DNA of 64,000 nt, from the NCBI GenBank assembly GCA_963828255.1, contig CAWHDZ010000007.1:208034-272033 (forward strand), given 5' to 3'. Below are positions 39,937 to 49,631 of the stretch, one piece after another (positions within the stretch are counted from its first letter, which is position 1; every line of letters begins with the position of its first letter). The position numbers and the translations under genes are program-made. Source of the stretch: an uncultured delta proteobacterium (GTDB lineage Bacteria; Myxococcota; Myxococcia; Myxococcales; Anaeromyxobacteraceae). The notes beneath the pieces are model-generated. The model saw nothing but the letters and a program-made list of their open reading frames with translations, was not told the origin of the DNA and did no database searches.

Positions 39937-41150
39937 GGTCCCACCGTCCTTCCGGGCACCGGAGCCGGTGGGTCGCGCAGGATGAGCTTTCGCAGGTAGT
40001 CGAGGTCGGTCCTGGGGAGGGCGTCGAGGTCGAATCTGCAGTGGCCGGCTCGCTGGTGAAGGGCGATGGCCTCGTAGGCGTCCGAGAGCGACTCGTCCAC
40101 GCGCTGAAGGGAGTCCTGCAGGAGGCGCAGCTCGCGCTCGTCCACGGCCAGGGCGAACCTGGGCGGGGTAGGGACCGGCGCCGTGGCCACCGCCGTCGTC
40201 GGCTTCGAGGCGGATGGCGCAGCAGCAGGAGGCCGACTGGCCGGGACGGTGGAGGCCAGTCGGTCCGGGAAGTACCCGAGGAGCCTACGAGCGGCCTCGG
40301 CGAAGGTGAGGACGATGACCTCGAACGCTCGGTGCTCCATTCGGGCCCTGACCTCCGGGAAGCTCGTGCCGTCGAGGCACGCCTTCACCGCCTGCTCCAC
40401 CCGCCGCCTGCGATCGAGGGAATGGACGACGAAGACGAGGCGCGGAGCGAACCCGTCCGGGAAGGCGCGAACGTACCAGCTGGCCTTGCGGTCGTCGGAG
40501 AGGACGTCGAAGTACTGCCGGTATCGCCGCACCTTCGAGACGATGGCCCCGGTTCGCTCCGGATGGGCGGTGACGATGCTCTGCGTGCCCGTCTCGGCCT
40601 CGATGAAGAGCCGGCGGCCCCGGCCCGGGACCTCCAGGATGGCGTCGGGCTTGAGGACGGCCTGGTGGGACTCCCCGAGGTGGTGGCCGAAGGCGCGGAA
40701 CTGGAGGACCTCGTCGTTCTCGGCGCGCCAGCGGAACGGAAGCTCCTCGAGCAGCGCCGTCTCCGACCGCCTGAGCGAGAGGACGAGCTCGAGGAGGACG
40801 TCGTTGAGGAGCAGCGTGTGCTCCAGGAACCGGGCGCCGACGTCGCTCGCCGGGGCCGGGAGCCAGGGGAGGCCCGGGGTGACGAGGCTGCGGCCGTAGG
40901 GCGTGAGCGCCCAGACCGGGACGCTCGTGCCCTCGTAGCGCCGGTAGTGCAGGCGGCGCAGGCAGGCCCCCTCACCCGGGCGGCCACCGGGCAGGCAGAG
41001 CTTCGCGAGGCGGCGGTAGACGAGCTTCTTGCTGCGGTCGGGCGCGATGAGCCGGTGGACCTGGTCGGCCGATGCGTACCGGGCGATGCCGACGTAGGCG
41101 AGGAGGGCGCGATCGCGATCGGTGAGGACGGCTCCCTTGACGTTCGGCAT
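39933..41150 (-). CDS. replication-relaxation (Replic_Relax) family protein
   Basis: LTDRDRALL wHTH N-terminus, LEHTLLLND, LKPDAIL...FIEAETGT...KVRRY PD-(D/E)xK-like core. Confidence 0.8.
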   Translation of the reverse strand: MPNVKGAVLTDRDRALLAYVGIARYASADQVHRLIAPDRSKKLVYRRLAKLCLPGGRPGEGACLRRLHYRRYEGTSVPVWALTPYGRSLVTPGLPWLPAPASDVGARFLEHTLLLNDVLLELVLSLRRSETALLEELPFRWRAENDEVLQFRAFGHHLGESHQAVLKPDAILEVPGRGRRLFIEAETGTQSIVTAHPERTGAIVSKVRRYRQYFDVLSDDRKASWYVRAFPDGFAPRLVFVVHSLDRRRRVEQAVKACLDGTSFPEVRARMEHRAFEVIVLTFAEAARRLLGYFPDRLASTVPASRPPAAAPSASKPTTAVATAPVPTPPRFALAVDERELRLLQDSLQRVDESLSDAYEAIALHQRAGHCRFDLDALPRTDLDYLRKLILRDPPAPVPGRTVGP

Positions 41151-41186
41151 GGCGCGCCTCCGGGCGGCGCGGCCCCGTTGGGGTCG

Positions 41187-41528
41187 CTACCGCTTCCTCC
41201 CTGGATTCGAGTTCGGGCCGTCGAAGCCGGGCTCCTCTTCGCGGAGCACGAGGGCGCGCTGGAAGAGGAGGTGGAGCAGGTACTCGTACCGTCCCATGCC
41301 GAGCGCGCCGCGATCCGCATCCAGGAGCGCCACCGCGGCGACTGGTAGGCCGAACCAGGTCCGGAGCCCGTCGAGGTGCCGGACGACGTGCGCCGTGAGG
41401 TCCACGCCGCGGGCGTCGGCCTCGCCACGGAGGAAGGTGACGAGCTCACGAGGCATGCGGATGGTCTGCATCAGCTTCTCCGTCGTGGAGAAAGGGCCGT
41501 CGGTGCGTGGCTTCTTACGGGATGCCAT
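41187..41528 (-). CDS. small RHH-like DNA-binding protein
   Basis: ATG at 41528 with AGGAGG; QTIRMPRELVTFLRGEADARG beta-alpha-alpha pattern. Confidence 0.65.
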   Translation of the reverse strand: MASRKKPRTDGPFSTTEKLMQTIRMPRELVTFLRGEADARGVDLTAHVVRHLDGLRTWFGLPVAAVALLDADRGALGMGRYEYLLHLLFQRALVLREEEPGFDGPNSNPGRKR

Positions 41529-41572
41529 AACGAGTCCTCCTGACATACGTATAGTATACGCGTCGCCCTGAC

Positions 41573-41853
41573 GCAAGCGTTCGAGGGCGCTCGACGCTCG
41601 GTGGGTCCGACGACGGCGGCTTCGAGGAGTTCTGCGAGTTCCTCGCCAGCTGCGACCGGAGTTTCTGGTTCTCGGCCCGGAGCCGCACGACCTCGGCATT
41701 CTCCGCCCGGAGCCGCGTGACTTCCTCCATCAATCAGCCAGGCAACCTTCGCCTCCAGCTCGGCGATGCGTTGGTCGCGAAAGTCAGGCGCGACAGGCAC
41801 TAGGAGTGTAGATCACACTCCAGATCCCCTGTCGATCCCGTGAACGGTTGCCC
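41573..41853 (-). mobile_element. IS66-derived non-autonomous fragment (copy L)
   Basis: Terminal GCAACCGTTCAC on the minus strand (41840-41851); encodes the IS66 transposase N-terminal RIAELEA...NSQNSSKPPSSDPP, broken by a 4-bp duplication near 41732. Confidence 0.8.
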
Positions 41854-41872
41854 GGTTGTTAGCTGGCCAGAC

Positions 41873-43201
41873 CTATTGCAAACGCTTCATCGGCGGCGCG
41901 ATCCACTTGCCTTCCAGCGCCTCGGGTTTCGGGACGTAGAGGCGCAAGACCACCCAGAAAGGTCCCTTCGGCGAGGGCAGCCAGTTGGCTTCCTTGTCCT
42001 TGCCGGGTGATTCGTTCTGGACATGAAGCGTCAGCCCGCCGTCATCATCCATCTTGAATTGCGACAGCATGGTCGAGTTCAACAGGTAGCGATTGATCGG
42101 ATTGGCGACGAGCAGGTTCGCCGGATGATCGTACATGGTCAGCGACCAGAACGAGTCGGCGGGCGGCAACTGGCCTTTCTTGAAGCCTAAGCTGTAGCGA
42201 TTGGCACCGTCCAGCTTCTGCCGGTCCCCATCCAGAAAGTAGGGGAGATAAATCGCCTCTTCCTTCGAGAGGCCGTAAATGCCTTTCACCGCGGCGCCCA
42301 TACGGTAGAGGTAATTGTTCTTGAGATATTCACGGGTACCGAAAATGTCGCCTGACGTCACTTCCCCTTTGTTGACCCGATCCAATAATCCATTGAATTC
42401 GGACCAGCCGTCGGCCATGCCGGCCTCGATCGCCTGCTTCGTTTCCGCTGAAAGCTTGCTGGCATCGAAAGGCTGGCCCGCGCCAACACCAATCTTGGCG
42501 AATCGGTCCATGAGGGCCTGCTCTGATGGATGGGTCGGGCAGAACTGCAGGTAGAAGTTCAACAGCGTGTAGAACTCGAGCGAGGTCTTCTGGGTGACCG
42601 GTGTGAGCGGCTTGGGAAAATTGATCGAAGGGGCAGCTTGTGGGGCTGGCTGGCCAAGGAAAGCCGATAAGGGCTTGACGACATACTGCGCTTGAATCTG
42701 CTTGACGTTGTCGAGGTCGGCGGGATTGAAGAGCTGCGTCCGAAACTGCGCCGAAGCCATTTCAGTCTCGCAACGGATCACCTTCGTGATACCCGGGGGC
42801 TTTTCCCCGTGCCAGTTTGGACCGGCGATGAGAAAACTGCCGCCATCGTTGCCTGTCGCGCGACTGCCGGGAATGTCGAAGTTGTGCGTGTAGAGGTCGA
42901 TCAGTTGCAGGCTCCAGTACCGCTCCCGGGCGATGGGCGGCACGGTGAACACGATCGGTTCCGCACGCAAATCCAGACCGATCCACGAGTAGGGAGTATC
43001 CGAGTTGGCGGTCTGGATCGCCTTGTCGTCCGGCGTGAACACGCGGGGAATGTTGAAGAGGGTGTTGTAAGGCGCTTTGTAGTCCGGATCCTTCTTGTCG
43101 GTGAAGTAGGCGTATTGCACCCGCAGGTTATCCACCATCGGGAAGCCGTAGATGTAGGCTTCCTTCGCGATGGCGCGGGCTTTGTCGGCAGTCATGTTCA
43201 T
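41873..43201 (-). CDS. DUF1254/DUF1214 domain protein
   Basis: AKEAYIYGFPMV, NSDTPYS, DLRAEPIV, FWSLTMYD, ANWLPSPKGPF. Confidence 0.9.
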   Translation of the reverse strand: MNMTADKARAIAKEAYIYGFPMVDNLRVQYAYFTDKKDPDYKAPYNTLFNIPRVFTPDDKAIQTANSDTPYSWIGLDLRAEPIVFTVPPIARERYWSLQLIDLYTHNFDIPGSRATGNDGGSFLIAGPNWHGEKPPGITKVIRCETEMASAQFRTQLFNPADLDNVKQIQAQYVVKPLSAFLGQPAPQAAPSINFPKPLTPVTQKTSLEFYTLLNFYLQFCPTHPSEQALMDRFAKIGVGAGQPFDASKLSAETKQAIEAGMADGWSEFNGLLDRVNKGEVTSGDIFGTREYLKNNYLYRMGAAVKGIYGLSKEEAIYLPYFLDGDRQKLDGANRYSLGFKKGQLPPADSFWSLTMYDHPANLLVANPINRYLLNSTMLSQFKMDDDGGLTLHVQNESPGKDKEANWLPSPKGPFWVVLRLYVPKPEALEGKWIAPPMKRLQ

Positions 43202-43219
43202 GATTCTTCTCCAGTCAGC

Positions 43220-44179
43220 CTATTTGCAGGGGACGGCATCCGGCAGTTTGTAGCTGCCATTCAGGACGGATTGGCCGGGGCGATACACGCGCATCAGGAA
43301 ATTCCAACCTTCGCTCACATCCAGCCGGTTGGGCACGTCGCCGCAGGCTTCCTTCGACCCGAAGTGAACCGTGAACGTGCCGTCAGCATTCATCTTCGTG
43401 TTCGCGGCGTTGAGAATGTTGTTGACGCTCTTCATGTAGCCATCCGCGCCGTAAACGGTGATGGACCAGAACGCATTGTTCTCGGGCACCTGGTAGGTGG
43501 CGGTGTGGCATCTATCGGCGGACAGATGTCCGTTGTAATTGATGTAAACCGCGTCCTTGTTCGGGAAAAGTCCCCACGCCCCGGCGCAGCCCAGGTGACG
43601 GGTTGCTTCATCGGCTTCTCCGCGCTTGCCCATCCAGCCGTCCGGATACAGAGCGAACTTTGCGAACTCCTTGTTGTATTCCGCGGTGAGTGCGGCCAAA
43701 GACTTCTTGTCCCATTTCGGTTCCGGGAAAGGGTCGGCGCTGTTGGCCTTGATGACAAACTGATCCTGCAATTTATTGACCAGCGCGATGTCCGCAGGGT
43801 CATCCGGGCGCAACAGCTGGATACGAACATTGATGGCGAGATACTTGGTGTCCTGGGGCAGTTTGTGCGTGCCCGAGGTATAGATCACGCCAGGACAGTA
43901 GTGATCGTTATCAAGCAACAGCACGGAGAAATAGCGGCCCGCTGGCATTTCCGGCACCGTGATGGTGGCACCCTTGGACGTATCCACCAAGGCCACCGTG
44001 TAGAGCGTGTCCTTGTTCATCCGGACGACCGTTTGCCTGTCCAGCGGCGTGACCTGGCGGAAGCTGAACAGTTTGTTCACGCCGCCAGTCAGCTGCGATG
44101 CGTTGAAAAACGTTCGGTCCGTTTCAGCTCGGCAGTAAGTCTCCTGCGTCACCTCGTGTGTCTCGATGATCTCTTTCAT
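43220..44179 (-). CDS. DUF1254/DUF1214 domain protein (short type)
   Basis: ATG at 44179 with purine-rich RBS; RAETDRTF, VVRMNKDTLY, AFWSITVY, GWNFLMRVYRP. Confidence 0.88.
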   Translation of the reverse strand: MKEIIETHEVTQETYCRAETDRTFFNASQLTGGVNKLFSFRQVTPLDRQTVVRMNKDTLYTVALVDTSKGATITVPEMPAGRYFSVLLLDNDHYCPGVIYTSGTHKLPQDTKYLAINVRIQLLRPDDPADIALVNKLQDQFVIKANSADPFPEPKWDKKSLAALTAEYNKEFAKFALYPDGWMGKRGEADEATRHLGCAGAWGLFPNKDAVYINYNGHLSADRCHTATYQVPENNAFWSITVYGADGYMKSVNNILNAANTKMNADGTFTVHFGSKEACGDVPNRLDVSEGWNFLMRVYRPGQSVLNGSYKLPDAVPCK

Positions 44180-44203
44180 TTCCTTCTCTCCTCTTGGGCA
44201 AGG

Positions 44204-44505
44204 GCAACCGTTCACGGGATCGACAGGGGATCTGGAGTGTGATCTACACTCCTGGTGCCTGTCGCGCCTGACTTTTGCGACCAACGCATCGCCGAGCTGG
44301 AGGCGAAGGTTGCCTGGCTGATGGAGGAAGTCACGCGGCTCCGGGCGGAGAATGCCGAGGTCGTGCGGCTCCGGGCCGAGAACCAGGAACCCCGCTCGCA
44401 GCTGGCGAGGAACTCGCAGAACTCCTCGAAGCCGCCGTCGTCGGACCCACCGAGCGCCGAGCACCCCATGGGCGTGCCGGCAGCAACCAGGGCGTGAACG
44501 GCTAC
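44204..44505 (+). mobile_element. IS66-derived MITE-like element (copy R), inverted relative to copy L
   Basis: IRL GCAACCGTTCACG (44204) and IRR CGTGAACGGCTAC (ends 44505); only the ~80-aa transposase N-terminus is retained; ~265 bp nearly identical to 41585-41853. Confidence 0.82.
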
Positions 44506-44553
44506 CGCTCCCGTTGATCGTGGCGAGGCGTCGAGGGTGTCGCCAGCCGAAGC

Positions 44554-44886
44554 CTACTTCGTCGCGGTCTCGCCAGCCTTGGCAGGCCTCGCGGCCCGGA
44601 CGAGCTCGCGCAGGACGACCGACGCGTTCACGCCCCGACGCTTGGCCAGCGCCTGCAGCGTGGACATCTCCAGGTCATCGAGCCGGACCCGATACACGTG
44701 GGTGCGCGCCTGGCGGGTCGCCTGCGGCTCGTAGACGACTTCCTCGCCGCCGGCCTCCATCGCCTCATCGAAGTCATGAGAGAGCCAGAAGCGCTCCTCC
44801 TCGGCCGCCGTTGCGAGCCTGGGGAGCGGCTTTCCGGGCGGCCCCTGCTTCTGCGACGTCTTCCGCGACGTCTTCTTGGTCTTCAT
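44554..44886 (-). CDS. CopG/BrnA-like antitoxin (no cognate toxin visible)
   Basis: LPRLATAAEEERFWLSHD plus C-terminal RHH (YRVRLDD...LAKRRGV). Confidence 0.7.
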   Translation of the reverse strand: MKTKKTSRKTSQKQGPPGKPLPRLATAAEEERFWLSHDFDEAMEAGGEEVVYEPQATRQARTHVYRVRLDDLEMSTLQALAKRRGVNASVVLRELVRAARPAKAGETATK

Positions 44887-44965
44887 CGCTTCACCGTCCT
44901 TCGCCAGGCTTCCCAGTTCATTGCCACGGCGCGCCAGCCAACTGTGGCGGGCAGGCACGGGCCAG

Positions 44966-45403
44966 TCAGCGGCCGGTGTGGACACGCCAGGCGGCCAGGA
45001 AGGCGGCCGGGGCGAGGACCTGGGCACCGCGGTAGTGCTTCAGGTTCCGCAGGTCCGGGTCCTTCGACACGATGTGCGTGGCTGCTCCCGTGAAAGCGGC
45101 CCAGCAGAACATGTCGTCCTTGGGGTCCGCCGAGATGCGCGGTCCGAGGGAGTCCTGGATGACGTCAGCGGCGCCGAATTCCACGACGTCGAGCCACACC
45201 TCCGCGTCGAAGCGAGAATCGAACATCTCGCGATTCTGCGGCCTCGTGAGGACATCGAGGATCTCGTCGCGGATGGCCGTTGACGTCACGATCCGAAATG
45301 CACCGCCACGAGCCAATCGGACGATCACTCCGGGCGCGCCACCGGGGTTTGCCGCGGCGCTGAGCCAGACCATCGTGTCGAGAACGACCCGCCAGGGTCT
45401 CAC
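44966..45403 (-). CDS. PIN-domain putative toxin
   Basis: VVLDTMVWLSA, IRDEILDVL, DPKDDMF, IVSKDPDL acidic PIN motifs. Confidence 0.88.
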   Translation of the reverse strand: MRPWRVVLDTMVWLSAAANPGGAPGVIVRLARGGAFRIVTSTAIRDEILDVLTRPQNREMFDSRFDAEVWLDVVEFGAADVIQDSLGPRISADPKDDMFCWAAFTGAATHIVSKDPDLRNLKHYRGAQVLAPAAFLAAWRVHTGR

Positions 45404-45714
45404 CGCCGCTTGCCCTTGGTGCCCCGCTCAGCGCGGACCTGCTCGAGCGATGCGCGCAGCCGACGCTCGATCTTCTCTGGCCCGATACGCGCGGCGGTCT
45501 CCCGCTGGAACGCCTCGAGCTCGTCGGCGCGCTCGCGTGCGAATTCCTCCAGCCGACGCATGCGCTCGACCGGAACGATGGCGGCGACCGCCTCGCCCTT
45601 GCGCTCGATGACGTAGGTGTCGAAGCGGAGACGCACCCGGTCGAGCACGTCGCCAAGCTTGGCGCGGAGGTCCATGGTGGAGATGTGGTGGGAGCCATCG
45701 GCTGGCCTGCTCAT
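45400..45714 (-). CDS. Phd/YefM-family antitoxin
   Basis: ISTMDLRAKLGDVLDRV...VIERKGEAVAAIVPVE; GTGA overlap with the PIN gene. Confidence 0.85.
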   Translation of the reverse strand: MSRPADGSHHISTMDLRAKLGDVLDRVRLRFDTYVIERKGEAVAAIVPVERMRRLEEFARERADELEAFQRETAARIGPEKIERRLRASLEQVRAERGTKGKRR

Positions 45715-45792
45715 GGTGCCGTCTATAGCAACTATCATAGAGTCGCGCACCTCCTCCGAAGGGTTGCCGGCCGCCTGGCGGCCGCTCCAACC

Positions 45793-46425
45793 TCACGCCA
45801 GGGCCTCCAGGTAGGGCCGGAGGACCGCCGAGACCCGGTCGGCGCGGGCAGCCGCGACCAGGTCGTCGATGGGCGAGCCGGCGCGCCGGTCACCGCCTCT
45901 CGCGACGGGGCGACCGAGGTACCCCCGCAGCGCGGCCAGCGCGACTTCCAGGCCGACGTGCCGGCGGTACCTGAAACAGTCGGCCACGGTCTTGGCCGGC
46001 GTCGTGAGCCGGACCGGGACGCCCTCGATGGTCCTCGTCTCGACGCCCTGCACGAGCGCGGGGCCACTCGCGTACACGACCTCCAGCTTCGGATAGGTGA
46101 CCTTCGGCGTCCGGGCATGGCGGTCGATGAGTATCCAGACCGCGTGCGGGGCCTCCGTCGTGAGTCCGTGGACCTGAAGGGCGCTCAGCAGGGCGACGGT
46201 CGCGTGCGGGACGCGTCGGGCGACCTCGACCAGCGAGTGCAGCTCCGTGACCGGTGCCTCGGGGAGCAGGTAGAGCCCGCGATCAACGCGTTCCAGGAGG
46301 CCGCGCTCGCACAGCCGTCGCAGGTAGACCCGCGGGATGCCCGCCGCGTCGACGTCGCGCGTCCGCAGGGGGCCGGAGCCGGCCAGCCGGAGCAGTTCGG
46401 AGGTCTTGGTCGCGATCGAGGGCAT
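45793..46425 (-). CDS. type IV TA AbiEi-family antitoxin / transcriptional regulator
   Basis: wHTH GLLERVDRGLY, LLSALQVHGLTT, PAKTVADCFRYR, LRPYLEAL. Confidence 0.88.
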   Translation of the reverse strand: MPSIATKTSELLRLAGSGPLRTRDVDAAGIPRVYLRRLCERGLLERVDRGLYLLPEAPVTELHSLVEVARRVPHATVALLSALQVHGLTTEAPHAVWILIDRHARTPKVTYPKLEVVYASGPALVQGVETRTIEGVPVRLTTPAKTVADCFRYRRHVGLEVALAALRGYLGRPVARGGDRRAGSPIDDLVAAARADRVSAVLRPYLEALA

Positions 46426-46433
46426 GTCACAAA

Positions 46434-46463
46434 TCGTAGGTCTAAAATAATAAAGACCTACGA
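46434..46463. promoter_or_regulatory. inverted-repeat operator upstream of abiEi
   Basis: TCGTAGGTCT-10 nt AT spacer-AGACCTACGA, 8 nt from the ATG. Confidence 0.7.
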
Positions 46464-46537
46464 AATGTAACACGCCTCCATCCGGGGCCGCAAGCATGTC
46501 CCACGGGCATCACGAGAGGGCCTTCGCCCGGTCGAGT

Positions 46538-46705
46538 TCAATCCGGACCGGTGCCCGAGAAGAGCCCGTTCTCCTGCCTGAGCTGCTCCCGGCTCTTCTG
46601 CCCGGACTCGAGTGCCAGCCGGTCCTCGTCGCGCTGCTTCTCGGCCTTCCGCCGCTCGAAGAGCCCCTTCTCGACCCGGACCCGATTCTAGCTCTTGCCC
46701 TTCAT
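46538..46705 (-). pseudogene. small charged-protein gene with in-frame TAG at codon 6
   Basis: MKGKS*NRVRVEKGLFERRKAEKQRDEDRLALESGQKSREQLRQENGLFSG; GC3-rich codon usage. Confidence 0.35.
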
Positions 46706-47031
46706 GACCCAAAGAGCCTAACGCAGCCCGAGCACGACAACGACCCCAACGAACAGACGATCCCCCTCAAACTCCCGCCTTCTTCTCTTTGTCTGTCCCC
46801 CTCCCATCCCGGTGATTCCTAGAATCTGCATTCATCCAAGAGTGAACTCTGACCAGCCAGACCCAGCCCCGCCCCGCCGCCCCGAAATCCAAGTTTCAGT
46901 CATCTGGTGCAGTCAGGTGGCCGCTGGTGAGGATGGTGAGGGAGCGGGGAGCGTCCGGGTGGGGAGGGCACTTCTGCGTCACCGCCATGCCCCGCACCCG
47001 GAGTGCCATCATGTACGGACCGGGCTCGGCC

Positions 47032-47706
47032 TCAGCGGCCGTGCTCGGCCGGGCTCGTCACGACGGCCTCAAAAGTGGCCTCGTCGATGAACTGCGGCTG
47101 GTAGGTGACGCCGGCCGCGGTGAGGTGCTCCACGAAGGAACGGAGGTGGTTCCGGCTGCCCTTCATGAGGCTCTCGTAGACGGTCAGGATCCTGGGGTCC
47201 TCGGTCCGCTCGGCCATGCCGGCCAGGTCGGACAGGTCGAGATCCTCGATGGTGGCGCCGACGAAGAGCGCGTCGACGGAGCTCACCGTCCCCGCATCCA
47301 CGAGCTCGACGTAGAGTGCTCCGAGCTCTGCGTTCGTGAACTCCCCGACGCCCATTCCCGCGGCCGGGTCGGGGATGCCCGCGGCCTGGAGAAGCTGAAG
47401 CACGGCGTCCATGTGCTGCTGCTCGCTCGCGGAGATGTTGGCGAGGATGAGGAGGCCCCAGCGTTCACCGAGCGTGACGTAGACGTCGCGGGCTAGCTTC
47501 TCCTCCTCGCGGAGGAAGACGAGGTCCACTGCGACGGCATCGCCCACCGTCAGATCGGTGGCGGTGGTCGCGGTGCCCGTGGTGGTGGTTGCGGCGCCCG
47601 GGGTGACGGTGGTCCCGTCCTCGGCGGACGAGATGGTGCTGGTTCCGCACCCCGCGAGCGATGCGGCGGCGACGGCGGCAACGACGACGACGAACCTCTG
47701 GATCAT
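47032..47706 (-). CDS. DUF2202 ferritin-like lipoprotein
   Basis: Lipobox LAGC; FLREEEKLARDVY, SEQQH, IEDLDLSDL, GSRNHLRSF. Confidence 0.88.
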   Translation of the reverse strand: MIQRFVVVVAAVAAASLAGCGTSTISSAEDGTTVTPGAATTTTGTATTATDLTVGDAVAVDLVFLREEEKLARDVYVTLGERWGLLILANISASEQQHMDAVLQLLQAAGIPDPAAGMGVGEFTNAELGALYVELVDAGTVSSVDALFVGATIEDLDLSDLAGMAERTEDPRILTVYESLMKGSRNHLRSFVEHLTAAGVTYQPQFIDEATFEAVVTSPAEHGR

Positions 47707-48106
47707 GACGGCTCCGTTCCGGAGAAGGTCCCGTGAACGAGGTGCAATCTTCTCCACATCAGGAAACACCGCGGCGGCCGGCAGGTTCTCCTCGCACGGT
47801 GCGGCATGATGGCGCACCCGATCGGTCTAGGCAGCGCTGCCCTGCCGTCCCCGCGGATCCGGCGGCCGCCAACTGGTGGAATGGCGGCGTGGCGCGTCCA
47901 GGGCGTGTTGCGTCCCCCACGCCCATCTGGACCGCTCGAGTCCAGAGGACCCCGCATGGTTCACACCAGGAGGCCACCCCAAGTGAAATGGCGTCCACGG
48001 GATGGTTTTTCCCGCACGAGAAGTGAAGCCTGTGACTGGGGAAGTTCACCCGAGGAGCGATGCAAACATTCCACCGGCAGGAAAGCTGCCGGAGGGGGGA
48101 CCGGGG

Positions 48107-49493
48107 ATGATGACCTTCACACGTAGAGCGACTATGGCGCTTGTTGTTGCGATTGCCTTCACCAGCATGACGGCGGGGTGTACCCCGTTGCAGGAACCGG
48201 ACGCGCCACTCGTGCCGCTCGCATCAGTGGGGCAGGGCGGCGGCGGATCGGGCGGCGGCGGATCGGGCGGAGGCACTGCCCAGGCGGCTGGCGCACTGTA
48301 CGGCGACCTGTACGTCATCGAGCGCGACGGCAACGGTGTGCCGGTGCCGAAAGACAAGACGATCAATGGAGTGGCGTACTCCTGCCAGCAACCGCTCGCC
48401 GCCAATTGCAGCTTCCTCCCGTTGAACTTCGACAAGCCACTGTTCAATCCCGAGCTGGAGGACGCATGCGCCGTGCAGACCCTGCCGATCGATTACACGG
48501 CTGGCCTGCAGGCGGTCTCGTTCGGGAGAGAGAGCGTCTCCCGGGCACCCGCCACGGTCATCGACAAGTCGTACGGGGAGGCCCTCAAGTCGATCAACCT
48601 GGCAGTTCCAGGTAAATGCCTCACGACGAATGGCGCCATCGATGGACGCGCCATCAAGCTGGACCCGGCGGGAAGGATCACGCTCTGTCTGGCGTACGAG
48701 ACGGTCCCCGTCACCTATGCCTGGAAGACGATCGACGCGCCGCTCGAGAACCTCGGACTGTACCGGGCGTCGATGACCAGTGGTGGATGCCTCGGACCCG
48801 TCACCGACACCACGAGGGGCGAGGAGGGGACAATCATCACCGTGACGATCGAGCTGAGCGCTGCGGCGAAGGTCAATCTCGAAACCTCGGGGCTCGGTCA
48901 CCTGGTGTGCAACGGCTCCACGTCGGTGACGAGGAAGGACATGCTCTCGGCGGCCGTGTTCCTCGCGGCCGGGGCGGACAAGGCCAGCCCGGTGACCCTC
49001 GACGAGGTCATCAACCTCAACAACTACGTCGGGGTCAACACGTGGACCTACACCACGTCGAAGAAGGTGAAGACCCTGACCATCAAGTACTTCCAGTTCA
49101 AGGATTCCACCGATGATGGAGTGGGTGGCTGGTTCGCTTACACGAAGGGTAAGGATGCGTGCAATCCGTCGGTCGCCGACAACACCGTGGGGCTTCTCAC
49201 CACCATGGACGGGTCGTCACTTCGCGCCGACGGCCGTGTCCGTGTTCGGTGGTCCGCCGGACGGGGTCTACCTTCGCCCTGAATCGGCGATCGACTCGCT
49301 CGGCGCCGCGGTCACCGTGTGCCGGGGCGGTTCACCGCTGGACGTGTTCTGTGACGCCGGGGCGGCCAATCCGGTGTACGGGGCCAGCGGTTTCGGTTGC
49401 GGCGGCGCGAACTGGTTCACGCAGGCGGCCGAGGACGCGCGCAAGACCATCTGGTACGTGCACAACTGGCGGTTGCCGGTGGTCGCCTACTAG
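48107..49493 (+). CDS. Cys-rich hypothetical lipoprotein with a +1 frameshift near 49220
   Basis: Lipobox TAGC; LYGDLYVIERD, TIDAPLENLGLY, AAGADK; continues in ORF 49113..49493 (FAPTAV...FTQAAEDARKTIWYVHN). Confidence 0.7.
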
Positions 49494-49631
49494 GTGCATG
49501 GCGGGGGGGTCGCCCGCGTCAGGGCGGCCCCCTCATCGGATCGCAGCGGTGGAATGGACGTTTCCGGCGATGTCCCGGAGGCAGCCCCTCGCACCTTCAA
49601 GCCAGGAGGAATCATGAGACCAGGAGGAACC

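Larger units (their letters stand above)
38350..46900. mobile_element. integrative element or genomic island core; right boundary not determined
   Basis: int-xis-Replic_Relax-RHH module, IS66 remnants, foreign-composition cargo and TA genes immediately after a housekeeping-type gene. Confidence 0.65.

Noticed and set aside
46688..46690. In-frame TAG as pyrrolysine or readthrough
   Set aside because: No supporting pyl genes or context; a nonsense mutation or error is simpler.
46740..46920. Pyrimidine-rich non-coding stretch as the right att end of the element
   Set aside because: No convincing repeat of the DUF1015 3' end or integrase tail found.
48074..48092. Hairpin CCGGCAG-GAAAG-CTGCCGG abutting an RBS as a riboswitch
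   Set aside because: A single short GC stem with no recognisable aptamer.
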